55,293 nucleotides of DNA from Vezdaea acicularis (lineage: Eukaryota). The notes under the pieces were generated by a model. That model saw only the letters and a list, made by a program, of their open reading frames with translations, did no database searches and was not told the origin of the DNA. The stretch is taken from assembly GCA_026025075.1 (NCBI GenBank), contig JAPEUI010000050.1, positions 62,001 through 117,293 of the forward strand. The letters are read 5' to 3'. Positions 35,636 through 47,600 of this stretch are shown piece by piece. The position numbers and the translations under genes were made by a program. Numbering within the stretch: the stretch's first letter is position 1; each line of letters begins with the position of its first letter.

Positions 35636-36514
35636 ATGGCTTCTACGCTGCTAGCCAGATCGTTTGCGATCATTACTCGACCCACTAGAAGGCGCGTGTG
35701 CCTGAATCGAGCTGTGAAATGTAGGGCGCAACTCACTCAATCCAGTCAATTCATGACCCAGTCCTCGGAAGTCAAAGATGTTCCTCGATGGAAACAGACT
35801 CCCCCCAGAATGGCCGCGCCTTTTAAGCATCGGCCCAATCGGGTTGACTGGCCAGTCAACAATGATCCTGTAAAGCTAGACAATGCGTATAGCCGACTGC
35901 TAGGTCATGGAGGGGAAACGCTCTTGAGTGAGGACGTTAAGTGGTTAGCGGTAACGCACAAGAGCTTCGATCATGGACGGAGGGGGTTCTTCGATAGACT
36001 GGCCTACCTTGGTATTAGCTACACTCCTCTCAACAAGCAGAGTCTCGGGTTTTCGATATGCTAAGACGAAACATAGGCCGCCGGATTGTCGACTTACAAG
36101 CCTCGCTGATGCTTATCAATCACCGTAACGAAATGCAACCTCCCTCTCAAGACACATCCGATCGAGAGACATTCACTCATCCTGCGCTCGAAGGTCTGAC
36201 GCAACTGACTGATGCTTCGCACAAGGCCGTGATAGACGTCAAAAGACTGTCGGCATTAGGACAACAGCACGGTGTCGATCAAGTTCTGCGATGGAAGCCC
36301 AGACTCGTAAGATTGAATGCCATGCAATCCTGATTGGGAGCCCTTATTTATTTTTTACCATATCTAGTCGCACAAACTCCGCGAATCAGGGCTCGATACA
36401 GTTCTGGCGGAATGTATATTCGCAATTATAGGGGCAGTCGCCTTACAAAGGGGCGGGGAGGTGGCCACCAGGGTTACGCGGGAGAGGATACTACGTCCTC
36501 TAGGGATTATATAA
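35636..36514 (+). CDS. MRPL15: Mitochondrial ribosomal protein mL57/MrpL15 (RNase III-like), 3 exons
   Basis: Presequence, then PRWKQTPPRM, WLAVTHKSFDHGRRGF, LRWKPR and SGLDTVLAECIFAIIGAVALQRGG. Confidence 0.9.
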
Positions 36515-36975
36515 TACCACTTCACCCTAAACTTTTATACAACTAAGTACAATTCCATTTAGCATGGCGTTCATCGGCGGCAAGTAAATCTTCGGCTGTG
36601 GCTGGACATTCCAGTGTACACATTCCATAAGTCTTGGGCTATCACACTTCATCAGGACTCTTTTAGCCGCCTATTACTAGCCATTGCCTTTACCGAGGAA
36701 TGCAACCACCGTCTGATAGCCACCTTAACAGCAGCCAGTTATCAGCCTCCCTTTTTCCTTTCATTTTCCTCCAGCCTTCAACATGGCACTCTCTATATTG
36801 TACTTGTTAGAAGGCCCTCCGTGGACACTTCATAATGATCTCACTCCCATATCTTTACACCTTCTGACATTCAATCTTTGTCCCTCACAAACTTCCATGA
36901 AAACACATACTGTCACTCGGTAGTCAGTCAGGTGCTCCGTCACTCACAAATCCATAAAAGGAGTCTTGCTACGTG

Positions 36976-38441
36976 ATGGTGCTCACAGGAGACAAGCCAA
37001 TCGCAAGAAATATCTCAAAATCTCGACGACCCGTAGTCGTAATAAATTGTTTCCTCTGCACCCTGGTGGTCATTGCTTTCGTGGGCTTTCTTATTGCGAT
37101 ATACCTCTTGGGTGCCAAGCTGTCTGACCTGTCGATTGGGTCCACCGAAACCCTCTATGTAATTTCAGTAAGTGCACTCGGCAAGACTATAATGGATATA
37201 GACTGATTGCTTTAGTCAATACTCACTTTCATTCACGTGGGGTTGCATTTGTTCACAGCTTATAGCAAGCCTCTAGTTGTTGGTGGAATTGCTCGAACAA
37301 GGGGATCTGAGACAGCTTGTTTCGTACTTGCGAGATTTGTCGCTGCATTCTGGTTTGGAACAGCTTCAGTCGGCATCTCGATCTCGTCACATCGGCCTGT
37401 CTGCCTTCCGGCAGCAGAAGGCCTACAGCCTTGGCAGACAGGGCCGAGCTGCATCTTGCATAGAGTAACTACGGCTTTCGCGACTCTGAATTTGTAGGTA
37501 CTCCAACTGTCGTTACACCATCATCATCATACGCCCAATATGCTCACTATTGTAGTCTAAACGCTTGTGCACTCCTCTGTACATTGGAAATGACGGAGAA
37601 ACCTTTTGACCCTTGCTTCGTAGAAGAGGATGATTGCGAAAAAGCGAGCGTTTCTCACGAAAACCTATCCCACCAAAATTCAATACTCGATAAGACCGCA
37701 GAACTTGATGCTGAGAAGTTCCAAGACTTGACTGAAAGCTTATCAGACGCTGGATTGAAGTTGGGTCATGTCTCACAAACGCCAAGTTGGGGTTCGTCAT
37801 GGGCAAAAATCTTGAACCAACAGGGGCAATCGCACTTCGAGGTCAAGTCACTGGCTTTCTACGGCGGCAGCCCCGTCTTTGGTTCACCAAGTGGGCAGAC
37901 TGCTTCGCCAGCCATATCGGAGGTCAGTCAACAGTGGGTTCCAGGAAGTTCACGAGACAAGTATATTGTCTCTGCGGATGTCAGCCCTTGGGGCACAATT
38001 CACGGCAGCTCCCCGTTATCGAGCATGAGACGTGCTGATGACCCCGATATCGTCGTAAGTCCTGTCAGCAAAGTCGTCAGGAAGAGACTACCTTCAGATT
38101 GGACTTTGCCGAGTCAACTGGTCGCTGGAAAGACAGTTCTTTCGACTTCAACAAGCATGTTAGCGCCACAGACATCGCCTATAGCGGACGCTGTCGAATC
38201 ACCGATTGAGAAGTCAGCAGGCCCGCAGCGCGATGTGGCGGTGGAAAATCTACCTCTGGGTCTCTCAAATACAGAAGGGCCTAGCAAGTCGGACAGGGTC
38301 GTAGAGGGTGATGTCGATCCTGCTAGACGGCCTAAGCAGGCTAACATTGTAAGGTGCAATGCTTTGGTGGTAAGGAAGAATCTAGCGAGGTCGAAACGGA
38401 AGTCAAAGGCTGAGTTGGCCCATGGCACCATCAAAGCGTAA
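36976..38441 (+). CDS. Hypothetical membrane protein (N-terminal TM bundle, disordered Ser-rich tail), multi-exon
   Basis: Hydrophobic exons at 36976-37167 and about 37216-37493, with GT-AG introns linking to the 285-aa ORF that ends at 38441. Confidence 0.6.
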
Positions 38442-39051
38442 TGCCCGCTTGGGTTGTCTTGTAGATAGCATTTCATAATAGAGAGATCCCCCAAACGCAG
38501 AGAAATATCCAGACTTGGTCTTTACAATCGTGAGTGCCTAGTGAAGCCTAGTATGTAAATGGCAAGCACATGCTGCAGCAAATAGCTAGCTAGGTTCGAG
38601 AAAAGGGGCAAGTCCTAAGTCGAGAATGGTGGGCTGGTGATGATAGAAGTACCATGGCTTTGACGATGCGACGGAGATCTTCAATTCGAATACCTCTTGA
38701 TAATGATTTCCCAGCTCTGGCTACATTCTATGCATTCCTTGGCATTGATATAGCCAAGACCGGAATGCACGTGTCATGGGGATTGGAAAGGCGGGGCACC
38801 TCTGGAACCATCGCCGGGAAATCTGCTCGGCAGGGATGTCATGCGGGGTTGTAGTTCCACCCACCGGTAGCCTGGCGCCATGCACCAAGACCACGCAGCC
38901 TTGGCCCTGAACTTGCGGGGTGCAGCCCAGAATAAAAAGCTCAGGGACAACCACGGGCATCGTCCCCGCTCTTCCAGCACATTGTTTGCAGCTTCGATCA
39001 TTCTCTCTGAACTCATAGATTATCCTGAAGAACTTCCCTTATATATCCAAG

Positions 39052-40426
39052 ATGCCCATTCCTACAGAAGTTGTCGGCTCCTTGCCCCGCCCTACATGTG
39101 ATACTATCCAATTCCACTGTTTGTGAGCTCTCTAAACCTCTGACAATATCCAGACCTCCAAGAAGCCTACGCCAACTACGACGCGGGGAAGATCCAGCGC
39201 GAAGATCTTGTCAAAGCGCAAGATAAGGCGGTCGAGGACTCGCTTAAGCGCATGCAAGAAACGGGCTCGCCCCTCATCACTGATGGCGAGCAGAGAGCCA
39301 GCTCGTGAGTCATGAACCCTAGGACAAGGAATTGACTGCTCGCTGACTATCTTCCAAGATTCGCAACCTACCCCATTACAGAGTGCGGACCCTTTACCCC
39401 AGAATCATATCCACGTACTGAACCTCCTTTTTCCCAGTACCCTTGCTGGCACTGGCCTCGCGGACGGTCTCGCCGGAGACGGGCAATACTTCGTACATTC
39501 CCCCCTTTCCCCCTCCTTCTCCATTTCAAGCCCTTTCCGCCCCCTGACGCATCCAGGCCATCTTCGACGACGGGCATCACCGCCAACTCCCACGCCTCAC
39601 GAATGGTCCATTCCGGTACAAGAACTACGCCTACGAGAATCTCAAGCTCTCGCTACCATTCGCGAAAGGGCACCCCGTGAAACAGGCCGTCATCGCCCCA
39701 TCGATGCTGTATCTACTCTACCCCCTGAACGGAAGCGTCGAGGGGTACCCCAAGGAGGAATTCGTCAAAGACCTAATCAACGAGTGCGAGAAGGACATCC
39801 GGGGCTGCTTCGCCGCGGGCGCGCAGCGCGTCTCCATCGACTTTACCGAAGGGCGCCTGGCGTCCAAGAATGATGCCCGCAACCCCTGGACGGGCGCGAA
39901 CCTCCTCCAAACCTTCATCGACCTGAACAATGCCGTCTTGGCGCGCTTCACCGCCGCAGAGAGGACCAATATCGGCGTACACACGTGTCCCGGTGGAGAC
40001 TGCGATAGCGTGCACAGCCACGAGGTGGACTACCACTCGCTGCTCCCGTCGCTGTTCCAGATCAACGCTGGCTATTTCCTGATCCAGCTCGCGTCCGAGA
40101 GCGACAAGGAGAAGGTGTACAAGGAGATCGGGCGGACGATCCGGCAGGACGCGCAGGGGGTGAAGCAGGTCGCATTCGTGGGGGTAACCAATCCGCTGGA
40201 TCCACGGGTGGAGACGGTGGAGGAGGTCGCGGAGGCTTTAGTCAAGGCGGCAGAGTCCATTCCAAAGGACCAGCTGGGCGCGACGGACGACTGCGGGTTC
40301 AGCCCGTTCAGTATCGACGTTAAACCCAAGCATGGAAGCCCGGATTTTGCGAGGGATGTGGCTTTTCAGAAGATAGCAAATCGAGTCAAAGGGGTGAAAT
40401 TGGCGAGTGAGAAGCTGGGGATCTGA
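39052..40426 (+). CDS. Single-domain cobalamin-independent methionine synthase-like (MetE C-terminal barrel) protein, 381 aa, 5 exons
   Basis: Exons 39052-39097, 39154-39304, 39359-39382, 39438-39492 and 39557-40426 splice in frame. Motifs TEVVGSLPRP, ITDGEQR, Zn-site HTC and DDCGF. Confidence 0.88.
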
Positions 40427-41017
40427 GGACATGAGCGTCGATGTCAAGTCGGGGGACGGTGCAGTTCTTCTCGGCTCGTGTTTCCTTTCAGACAGCGGAT
40501 GTCTTGGCTTCCCTGCATCTCCCTCTAAGTTGGAGCGGCTCTCTCAACGGAGCCATTCAGGGGCATTGTCAGCCTGGGACAGACGTTATGGGGTAGATGA
40601 AAGCAAGCTTCAACATTGCGGCATCGATCCCTTTTATGTAACCTGAGGCGGATCAAATTAGTGCAATCGTCAGCAGGTTGATCAAGAGTATTCGAAATAA
40701 AAAACATCAAGCAATTGATGGAGACAAAGGTGAGATCTGCTTTGATTCTCGTCGTTTGGTCAGTTAGCTCAATCTCGCACAAGCGCAGGGTCGCTCCCAG
40801 GACCCGGATGATAGTAAAGTTTTCCATTTCCACTGGATAACCTCGAGGTACTAAGTCCTTCTAGAGGGGTTGCTGATTCGGGCCAAAGAGAGATACATAC
40901 ATGAAGCAAAGCGCTTCTCCCTCGCAGGGTGTTATTTTATGGCATACGCGCATTCATTGCGACAGGCCAGCCATAGCAGAAAAGTGCAGCAAATCTTTAA
41001 TTACACACGCTCTCACT

Positions 41018-41946
41018 CTAGTTCGGGTTGCCGTCCTCTTCGTCCATTGCGTCGAGCTCTTCGGGGTGTCTGCCGTGCACACATTAGTAAACCTGAACCA
41101 TAGACTGCTCTGTAGGGCATTGACAGAGGAAGACCCACCCGAGCAAGCCCTTCACGTCTCTCATCTCATAATGCCGCTTCCGCATCTCCTGGAATTTCTT
41201 GTGCTTCTCATTCTCTTCACCCTCCCCATGTTCTCCCTCATCCATGTCACCCGCAGTCGGATCCACGATCACGCTCTTCTCGCCCTTGATGCTGCTTGCG
41301 CTACTCGTCCGATCTCGCTCCGGAATCGCTTCTTCCGGCTCGCCAAGCTCCAGCCCCGGGATGTCGTCCTCGCGCTGTGAACTCTTCTTGCTGACGCGAT
41401 CCAGCTCGTCAACCACCAAGTCATCCGCGTCGAGTGTGCGGAACTCGTCTTCGTCCTCGGTGGGGTCGTACCGCTTTGCGTAAGGTGTCTTGGGCTCGTC
41501 GATCTTCATCGTGGAACTCTTCTCCTGCTCTGTAAGGTAGAGATTCGCCTCGTCCCACTTCAGGCGAGGCGAACCATCCTCGCCAACCTCTGAGGAGCCG
41601 GAGGAGGGCTGCTGGCTGGACTGTCGCCGAGCGCCCAACGGCCGAGCACCGGAGGAGCTGCGACGGTGGCCAGCGTTTTGAAGAGTGTTCTGAAGTGTGA
41701 GATCTTTGTCGCTGAGTTCGCGGGCTGGGCCATCCGGACGAGGACTGATTTGAGGAGCCTGCACTATGGTGGGGGATATTTGGCGAGGCGGAGAGGTGTG
41801 TGAAGGATTCTTGAGGATGCCTGGAGCGTGGATGCTTTAGTGACGAAGTCATAGTTTTGGAGCCTTTTCTTGGACTCACCTTTCGGCCTCTTAGGGCGGT
41901 CAGTGGCTGATGAAGTTGCCATCGGGCGTTGTGTCATGGTTGCCAT
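41018..41946 (-). CDS. GLC8: Protein phosphatase 1 inhibitor-2 / Glc8, 3 exons
   Basis: Spliced KGILK motif, [19 protein letters not shown] and [11 protein letters not shown]. Confidence 0.9.
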
Positions 41947-43275
41947 GATCTCAAGGTTCCGAAGTAGTATTATATCTGCAAGAGGTACGAGGTAGGGTGA
42001 CAGAATACAAGTCGAAGGAAGGAAGTCAGGTCAGTAAGTATGAGCGTTCTAAAAGTAAAGCAGGATGATTGAATCGTATAGGGCGAGAGCGGTGAGATTA
42101 TATGGCCCTTGCCGACCTTGTACGAGTCGGCAGTACAAGTCACTCGTGATGAGTCAAGATACGAAGGAAACGTCGAAAACAGGCGGGGAGCAGATGACAC
42201 GGTTTTATGGGTGTCGCATGGCATTCACTACGGCGTGATGAGAGGGACGTGTCTTGCTCGCATGCGTGTGATCGTCAAAATGCTAATTGGTATCTCGGTA
42301 TCTCTCTCTCTGGTCGTCGTGTTAGCTATTGCTAGCGGAGGAAAAGAAAAGAGCCATCAACGTGGTGCCAGGTTGATTCGTAGATTTGGATGGAACTATG
42401 CAGAAGGGAATGTGGGGAAGGAAGGGGAGAAAAGATGGCTGGCTACTGTCGTTGGACAAGTGGGGAGGAGGGGCATGGGAGTGGGTGAGCAGGACGACGA
42501 GAGGTGAGGGCGCGCGCGAGGTGGCAGCGTCTGTCTCGGCTGAGCCTATGACGTTGGGGATGGCCCGGGGTGGGCGCACGCGGGTGGCCGGGTCCGCCGA
42601 AGTCTCCTCCCTCTCTCCAACGGTATCGCCTGCATCTCTGCATCTTTCATCTCACTTTTGTCCTATCCATCTCGACTTTCCCGCTCCGGACTTCTCGCCT
42701 AAGATCCGCAATCTGCGTCCTCGGCCGTATTCGAGCGCACCGGCCGTTTCACGAGCATTTTTGACGCCTCCGCTTCTTCGGCGTCGATGCGGCGCTGACG
42801 ATCTATGCGGCTCCCTTACATCCACATCTACGTCCGACCCCATCCTTCGCCGTCTGGACGAGCACATCGGGAGAAATCGCGATGCGAGGGCGGGGCACGC
42901 CGCCCGTTGGATCTTGTAGGGCTGCCTGAACCGTCGCATTACGATCAATGCTCGTGCCCCGAAAGATGAGATCATCTCCTCCGTATCAAAGAAGGGAGAA
43001 ACGCCCGATAATCCTCCGTTTCAGATATTGCGGGCCCCGCCGTCTTTGACTCCATGCCGAGGGCCGTGACCAGCTGTTGGTGGGCCGCCTTGGTATGCTG
43101 GCTGCCTCCAGCTGGACTTTCACCGTGAACGTTCGCGGACCCGCGAGCACGGTTGAGACTCTGTCTGATTCGTATCTGCTGCATTTCTCACTGAGCGGGT
43201 CCCCTGTTCGCCGGCTACGTCAAGAGGAGAGGATAAGCGGTCGACGAGAAATTTTTGATTCGATCAAAGAAATGC

Positions 43276-43317
43276 CTCTCTCTCTCTCTCTCTCTTTCTC
43301 TCTTTTTCTCTTTCTAT
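43276..43317. repeat. (CT)n / pyrimidine-rich microsatellite
   Basis: ctctctctctctctctctctttctctctttttctctttcta. Confidence 0.85.
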
Positions 43318-44225
43318 CTGCCTCACACGGTCTCGATTTTTTCTGGTCGTTCCTTTTTGAAATAGTGGATATCTTTCTGACCGCACGGCGCCCCCAACGT
43401 GGCAGGCGGCGCTTTGATGCCGAGCTAGAGCTACAGTCGGACCTGGACCAGCGCCAGGCGGTGACGGTCGACCAGCGTGGCGTTATGCTAGAGCAACGGT
43501 TGAGTGCTTCAGAAGGGCAAAAGGCTACGTGACTCGAAGTATGGAGAATGGGACGTTGCTTCACAGAGCCCAGGCTTCCCTTCCCTAGCATCCGTGTTCC
43601 CACGAGATGCTTCGGGCCGCTCCTCCCCACCGCCGTGGCGGAATGTGAGCTATCAATTGCGCTGACTTCATTCGGGCAGTTCCTCGATAGGCCCGTCGTC
43701 TGCGTGCTTTTTGGTCAAGGGTCGATGCCGAGCGAATCTCAGACCTACGCACACGTAGCGGTTGCATCGGGTGATTTGCACATGTCAAAAGCGGACGGAG
43801 CTGCATGGAAGAATCAGGAAAAAGCAAGCAAGCACCGCTGCTCAATGGACAAGTGATACTATGGTCTACCTGCCGGGAGCCAAACGTATGGGGTTCAGCC
43901 CCACCGCACTGCAACCCCACAACATACCCTGCCGAGGCTGGACCAAATCGCCATCGTCATCAGTCGTAGCTTGGGGGATTTAGATTTGCTTGCCAAGGAA
44001 CAACCGTGCTACTCTATCCATACGCTTGACCCGCCCACGGTCCGTACGCCGCCATCTCGGAATCCCAAGCGGCGTCCCCTCCCACCTAGGGGGCACAGGT
44101 GTAATGTTGCCCGCCCAAGTCGAGGACCTTCTCCCTCTATATGCTGCACGATCGAAAGAAGCTGGGATCTGGGGTTCTGGGGGAAACGAGATCTATGCTT
44201 GATTGAGAACGAATTATGAGATGGA

Positions 44226-44285
44226 AGGTGCAGGTGCAGGTGCAGGTGCAGGTGCAGGTGCAGGTGCAGGTGCAGGTGCAGGTGC
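44226..44285. repeat. (AGGTGC)10 hexanucleotide microsatellite
   Basis: Ten perfect tandem units. Confidence 0.95.
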
Positions 44286-44648
44286 GAATAAGAGCATAAA
44301 TGAATTACATGCTCGACGCCCGGGGTATTATCAACTCCACTGTGCAAAAATCGCTGTGATTCCATACCCGACATCGCGAAAAAAAATCTCCCAACGGCAG
44401 TCATCAGGGCCATACACCAAACGACGTCTATTACATGCTCTCTAGAACACCATGCGTCGCTTTACACCCCTTGCATTTCTCGTGAACAGTCGTTTTCACA
44501 TCAAGCAGGGCGATGCCCGTGCAATGCAGACCCGCTATGCTGCGCTAATATACCCCAAATTCATCTGTATGTGTCATCAGATCGACATTGAGATCCTCGT
44601 CGTATGTTTTGCAGACGTCTTTTTTCATTTTTTTTCCAAATTTGTAAG

Positions 44649-47600
44649 TTAAGGGATCGCATCAAGTCCCGCTCGATCGCGGAGATACTTGGACGCCAGG
44701 TCGTCGCCGCCGTGGGCAGAGAGCTCCATCCAGTGGAAGGCCACGCACATGGTGGCCGGATCCAGCCTGCTCGGATCTTCGTTGCGTTGCATCATGCCGT
44801 GCGCCTTGAACGTATCCTTTGGTTGTGAGAGGGGCTGGATGGTGCGTCGGAGAAGATCTGGTTGGGTGAGATAGAAGGTAGCTAGTTCCCTCTCAGCGGC
44901 CGGATCCCCTTCCTTGGCGGTAATGGTCAGCATCTCGGCCGCGTTTTCCATGCTGCGTTGAGCAATCTCATCGCTGGAGCTGGTCCTCTTGGTTGAGAGC
45001 TGGCCACGATTTTTGATGTTGTTGGCCACAATTTCATCCGCCATCTCGACCATGGTGTGACAGACGCTTTGCTTGAGCCCAAGCGCTGCTAAACCAGCAT
45101 CCCAGAAAGCTTTACCTCGCTCAGTCTTGTCGAGGATTGATGCCGGAACGAACGATGCCACAAACTGGAGGTCACGAAAGAGGCCCTTAGGACGAATGTT
45201 GGCGTCTCGAAATAAGCCTTGTAGGACCTCGACCACCATGTCCTGGCTTGCCGAAGCATAGGGCGACCTAGTGCCTCCTCCACGTGATGGCGAAGTATAG
45301 TGACGCATGGTGGATGTCCTCCTTTCTTCGCAGTTGGCGATCTGCTCATCCAGGTTCTTCGCTTTTCTAACTTGCACTCCTGGCTCTCGTGAACTCAAAT
45401 GACCCATGGCTGCCAACGTTGGCGATGGCGGAGCCGCAGGCAACACGTCCTTACGACTACCAAAATGTTTGCCCGAGCGGGAGCTGAGTCTTGCGATGAT
45501 CAGCATCTCTAACTCGTACAATGCATCCAACTTCCAGAAAGGATTTGGGTGTGTAGAGAACCTGTTGAGGAGCCGTTGAAATGCAATGTTGTAGGGAAAT
45601 TCGAATAAGCCATTTCTTGTCGCAACAGAGAGACCCGAAGACCTCGCTGTAGCATCACTGGAGGATGACGTTTCCTCGGCAGAATGAGCCCCGGGTCCAG
45701 TATGGGCCATGTTGGTAGCAGGTTCAGCTGCTAGACTGCGAACATCCGTTTTAACGCTGCGGAGTGACTTCATGCTCCGCTTCTTCGCCAGCTTCTTACG
45801 TCTCCGATCTTGCTCTTCTTTCCGTTGGATGCATTCTTCACCAAGGGGACCTGAAAACCAGATGTCCGTTTCGCTACCTGTGCTCCACACCATATTCCCA
45901 AGCTCACTAAGCAAAAGGCCAGTTAAGGTCTGCTTCAAGGCAAGCAAGAACCCACGTTTGTCCCGATTGACGCTATGAGAATATTTGAGCATAACAGTCT
46001 CGTTTGTAGAAGAGGCTGTCCTTGGTCGGATGCTTGAGTCGTTAGACTGCATTTGGACTTCCGTCTGGAAAGGAGACCAGAAAGTCTTGGTCGAATCGAT
46101 ATTTAGCACAGGACTCAGTGGGCCAAATTGGTCGTGGAGCTCTGAGCCGTCCGTCATGGCACTGCCTCGAGCAGTCGACCACTTGCCAGAATCGAAGCTT
46201 TGCTGTGAGACATTGAGAGTAGAAATAGCGCGAAGACCTTGAGAACCAGGTCGGCTTGTTGCAGTAGAGCTCGTGTAGTTGCTTCTGATAGCATCCGTTT
46301 CGTACTCCTCATCGCCTGCGATGCTCAGCGTTCCCACGCCAGTCAAGAACAGATCTCCCTTTTGGCGGCCGCTATCCAATATGCGCTTATCTCTAAAGTA
46401 GAGCTCGCTCGACCAAAGCACGGGTCCGTCGATCATGTCGTTCCCAACAATCTTGTTGACACATTTGTCGATTTCTAGACAGAATCGATGGATACGCTCC
46501 TCGCCTTTACAGAAGTTTTCAACGCCGTACTGAGATAGGTACTTGACAGTCATCTCCGTTTGCTCGTCGGACAATTTGTAGGGCCCGCCTTGTTCTTCAC
46601 TCGCAGTCATGAGGTTAACGATTTGAGCTTCAGTCTGTCGGAGAAAGCTGTTGGAAGTCGGCTTCGAGGTAGGTCGAGATCTTGTCTCCGGCTGCGTCTT
46701 CGAGGTAGGAGTACGGCCCATTGCTTTCAATGCCTTAGCAACGTTCTTGGCCTCTTCATAGGGCGCCGAGTTCTTGACATCCCTCACGTACCACATCTTG
46801 TCACGGAGATGGTTGAGACCCTGCATCATCTCTTCGATAGCTGCGTCATGCCTTTCTTGAGACTGCTTCAACCAAACGAACCAGGCCTCAAACTCTTCAA
46901 TTGCACCAGAAGCTTTGCCCAAGGAATCACGCGGACCTCTGGAGAATAAGTTGAGGAGTTGAGCATATCCATTTTGCTTCAGAGATTCCTCACGGAGGCT
47001 CAAAAGTCGCATTAGGGTCATATAGTACGAATGAGCTGATGTGTACTCGGCGCGTGCTTGGCATTGAGTAAAGGCGGTCTCCAGCATTGTCAACAGGACC
47101 GAGGGTTGTTCACGAAGTTCCCGCAATCGATGTTCATGGGCGCTACTGCTCCGAGCGTGCTGGTGATGACGATGGCGCTCTGGGACGGCCTCTCGTTGTG
47201 GTGCAAGCATCGACGTCAATTGACTTTGGCTACTATGGTAGGGGTTGTTCGATCGAGTAACTTCAGCGGCAGCTTGCGTTCTTTGATATGCGACTCGCTG
47301 CGCTCTTCTCTGAATGGTCGAGGCTCTATTGCTGAACTCTTTCGACTCGCTCTCAGGGGCGAGCTCTTTCGGGATTTCATACTCCTCAACCAATTTTATG
47401 GTCGCTTCTTTAAGCAGATTATACTCTCTTGAGAGGTCTATCTTGTCACTGGGACCCTCGTCCTCGCTATCACTGTCGGGTGAATCATCTTCTTCATCGT
47501 CGTCATCATCCCAATCTTTTCGCATTCTAGTCAGGAGATCTTTCCCGTCAGCGGAGACGTATAGTACAGCCCATTTCTCCGCACAAGGGTGGCATGTTCC

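Noticed and set aside
44009..44445. ORFs with (HL)n or (GA)n repeats
   Set aside because: These are translation by-products of the (AGGTGC)10 microsatellite.
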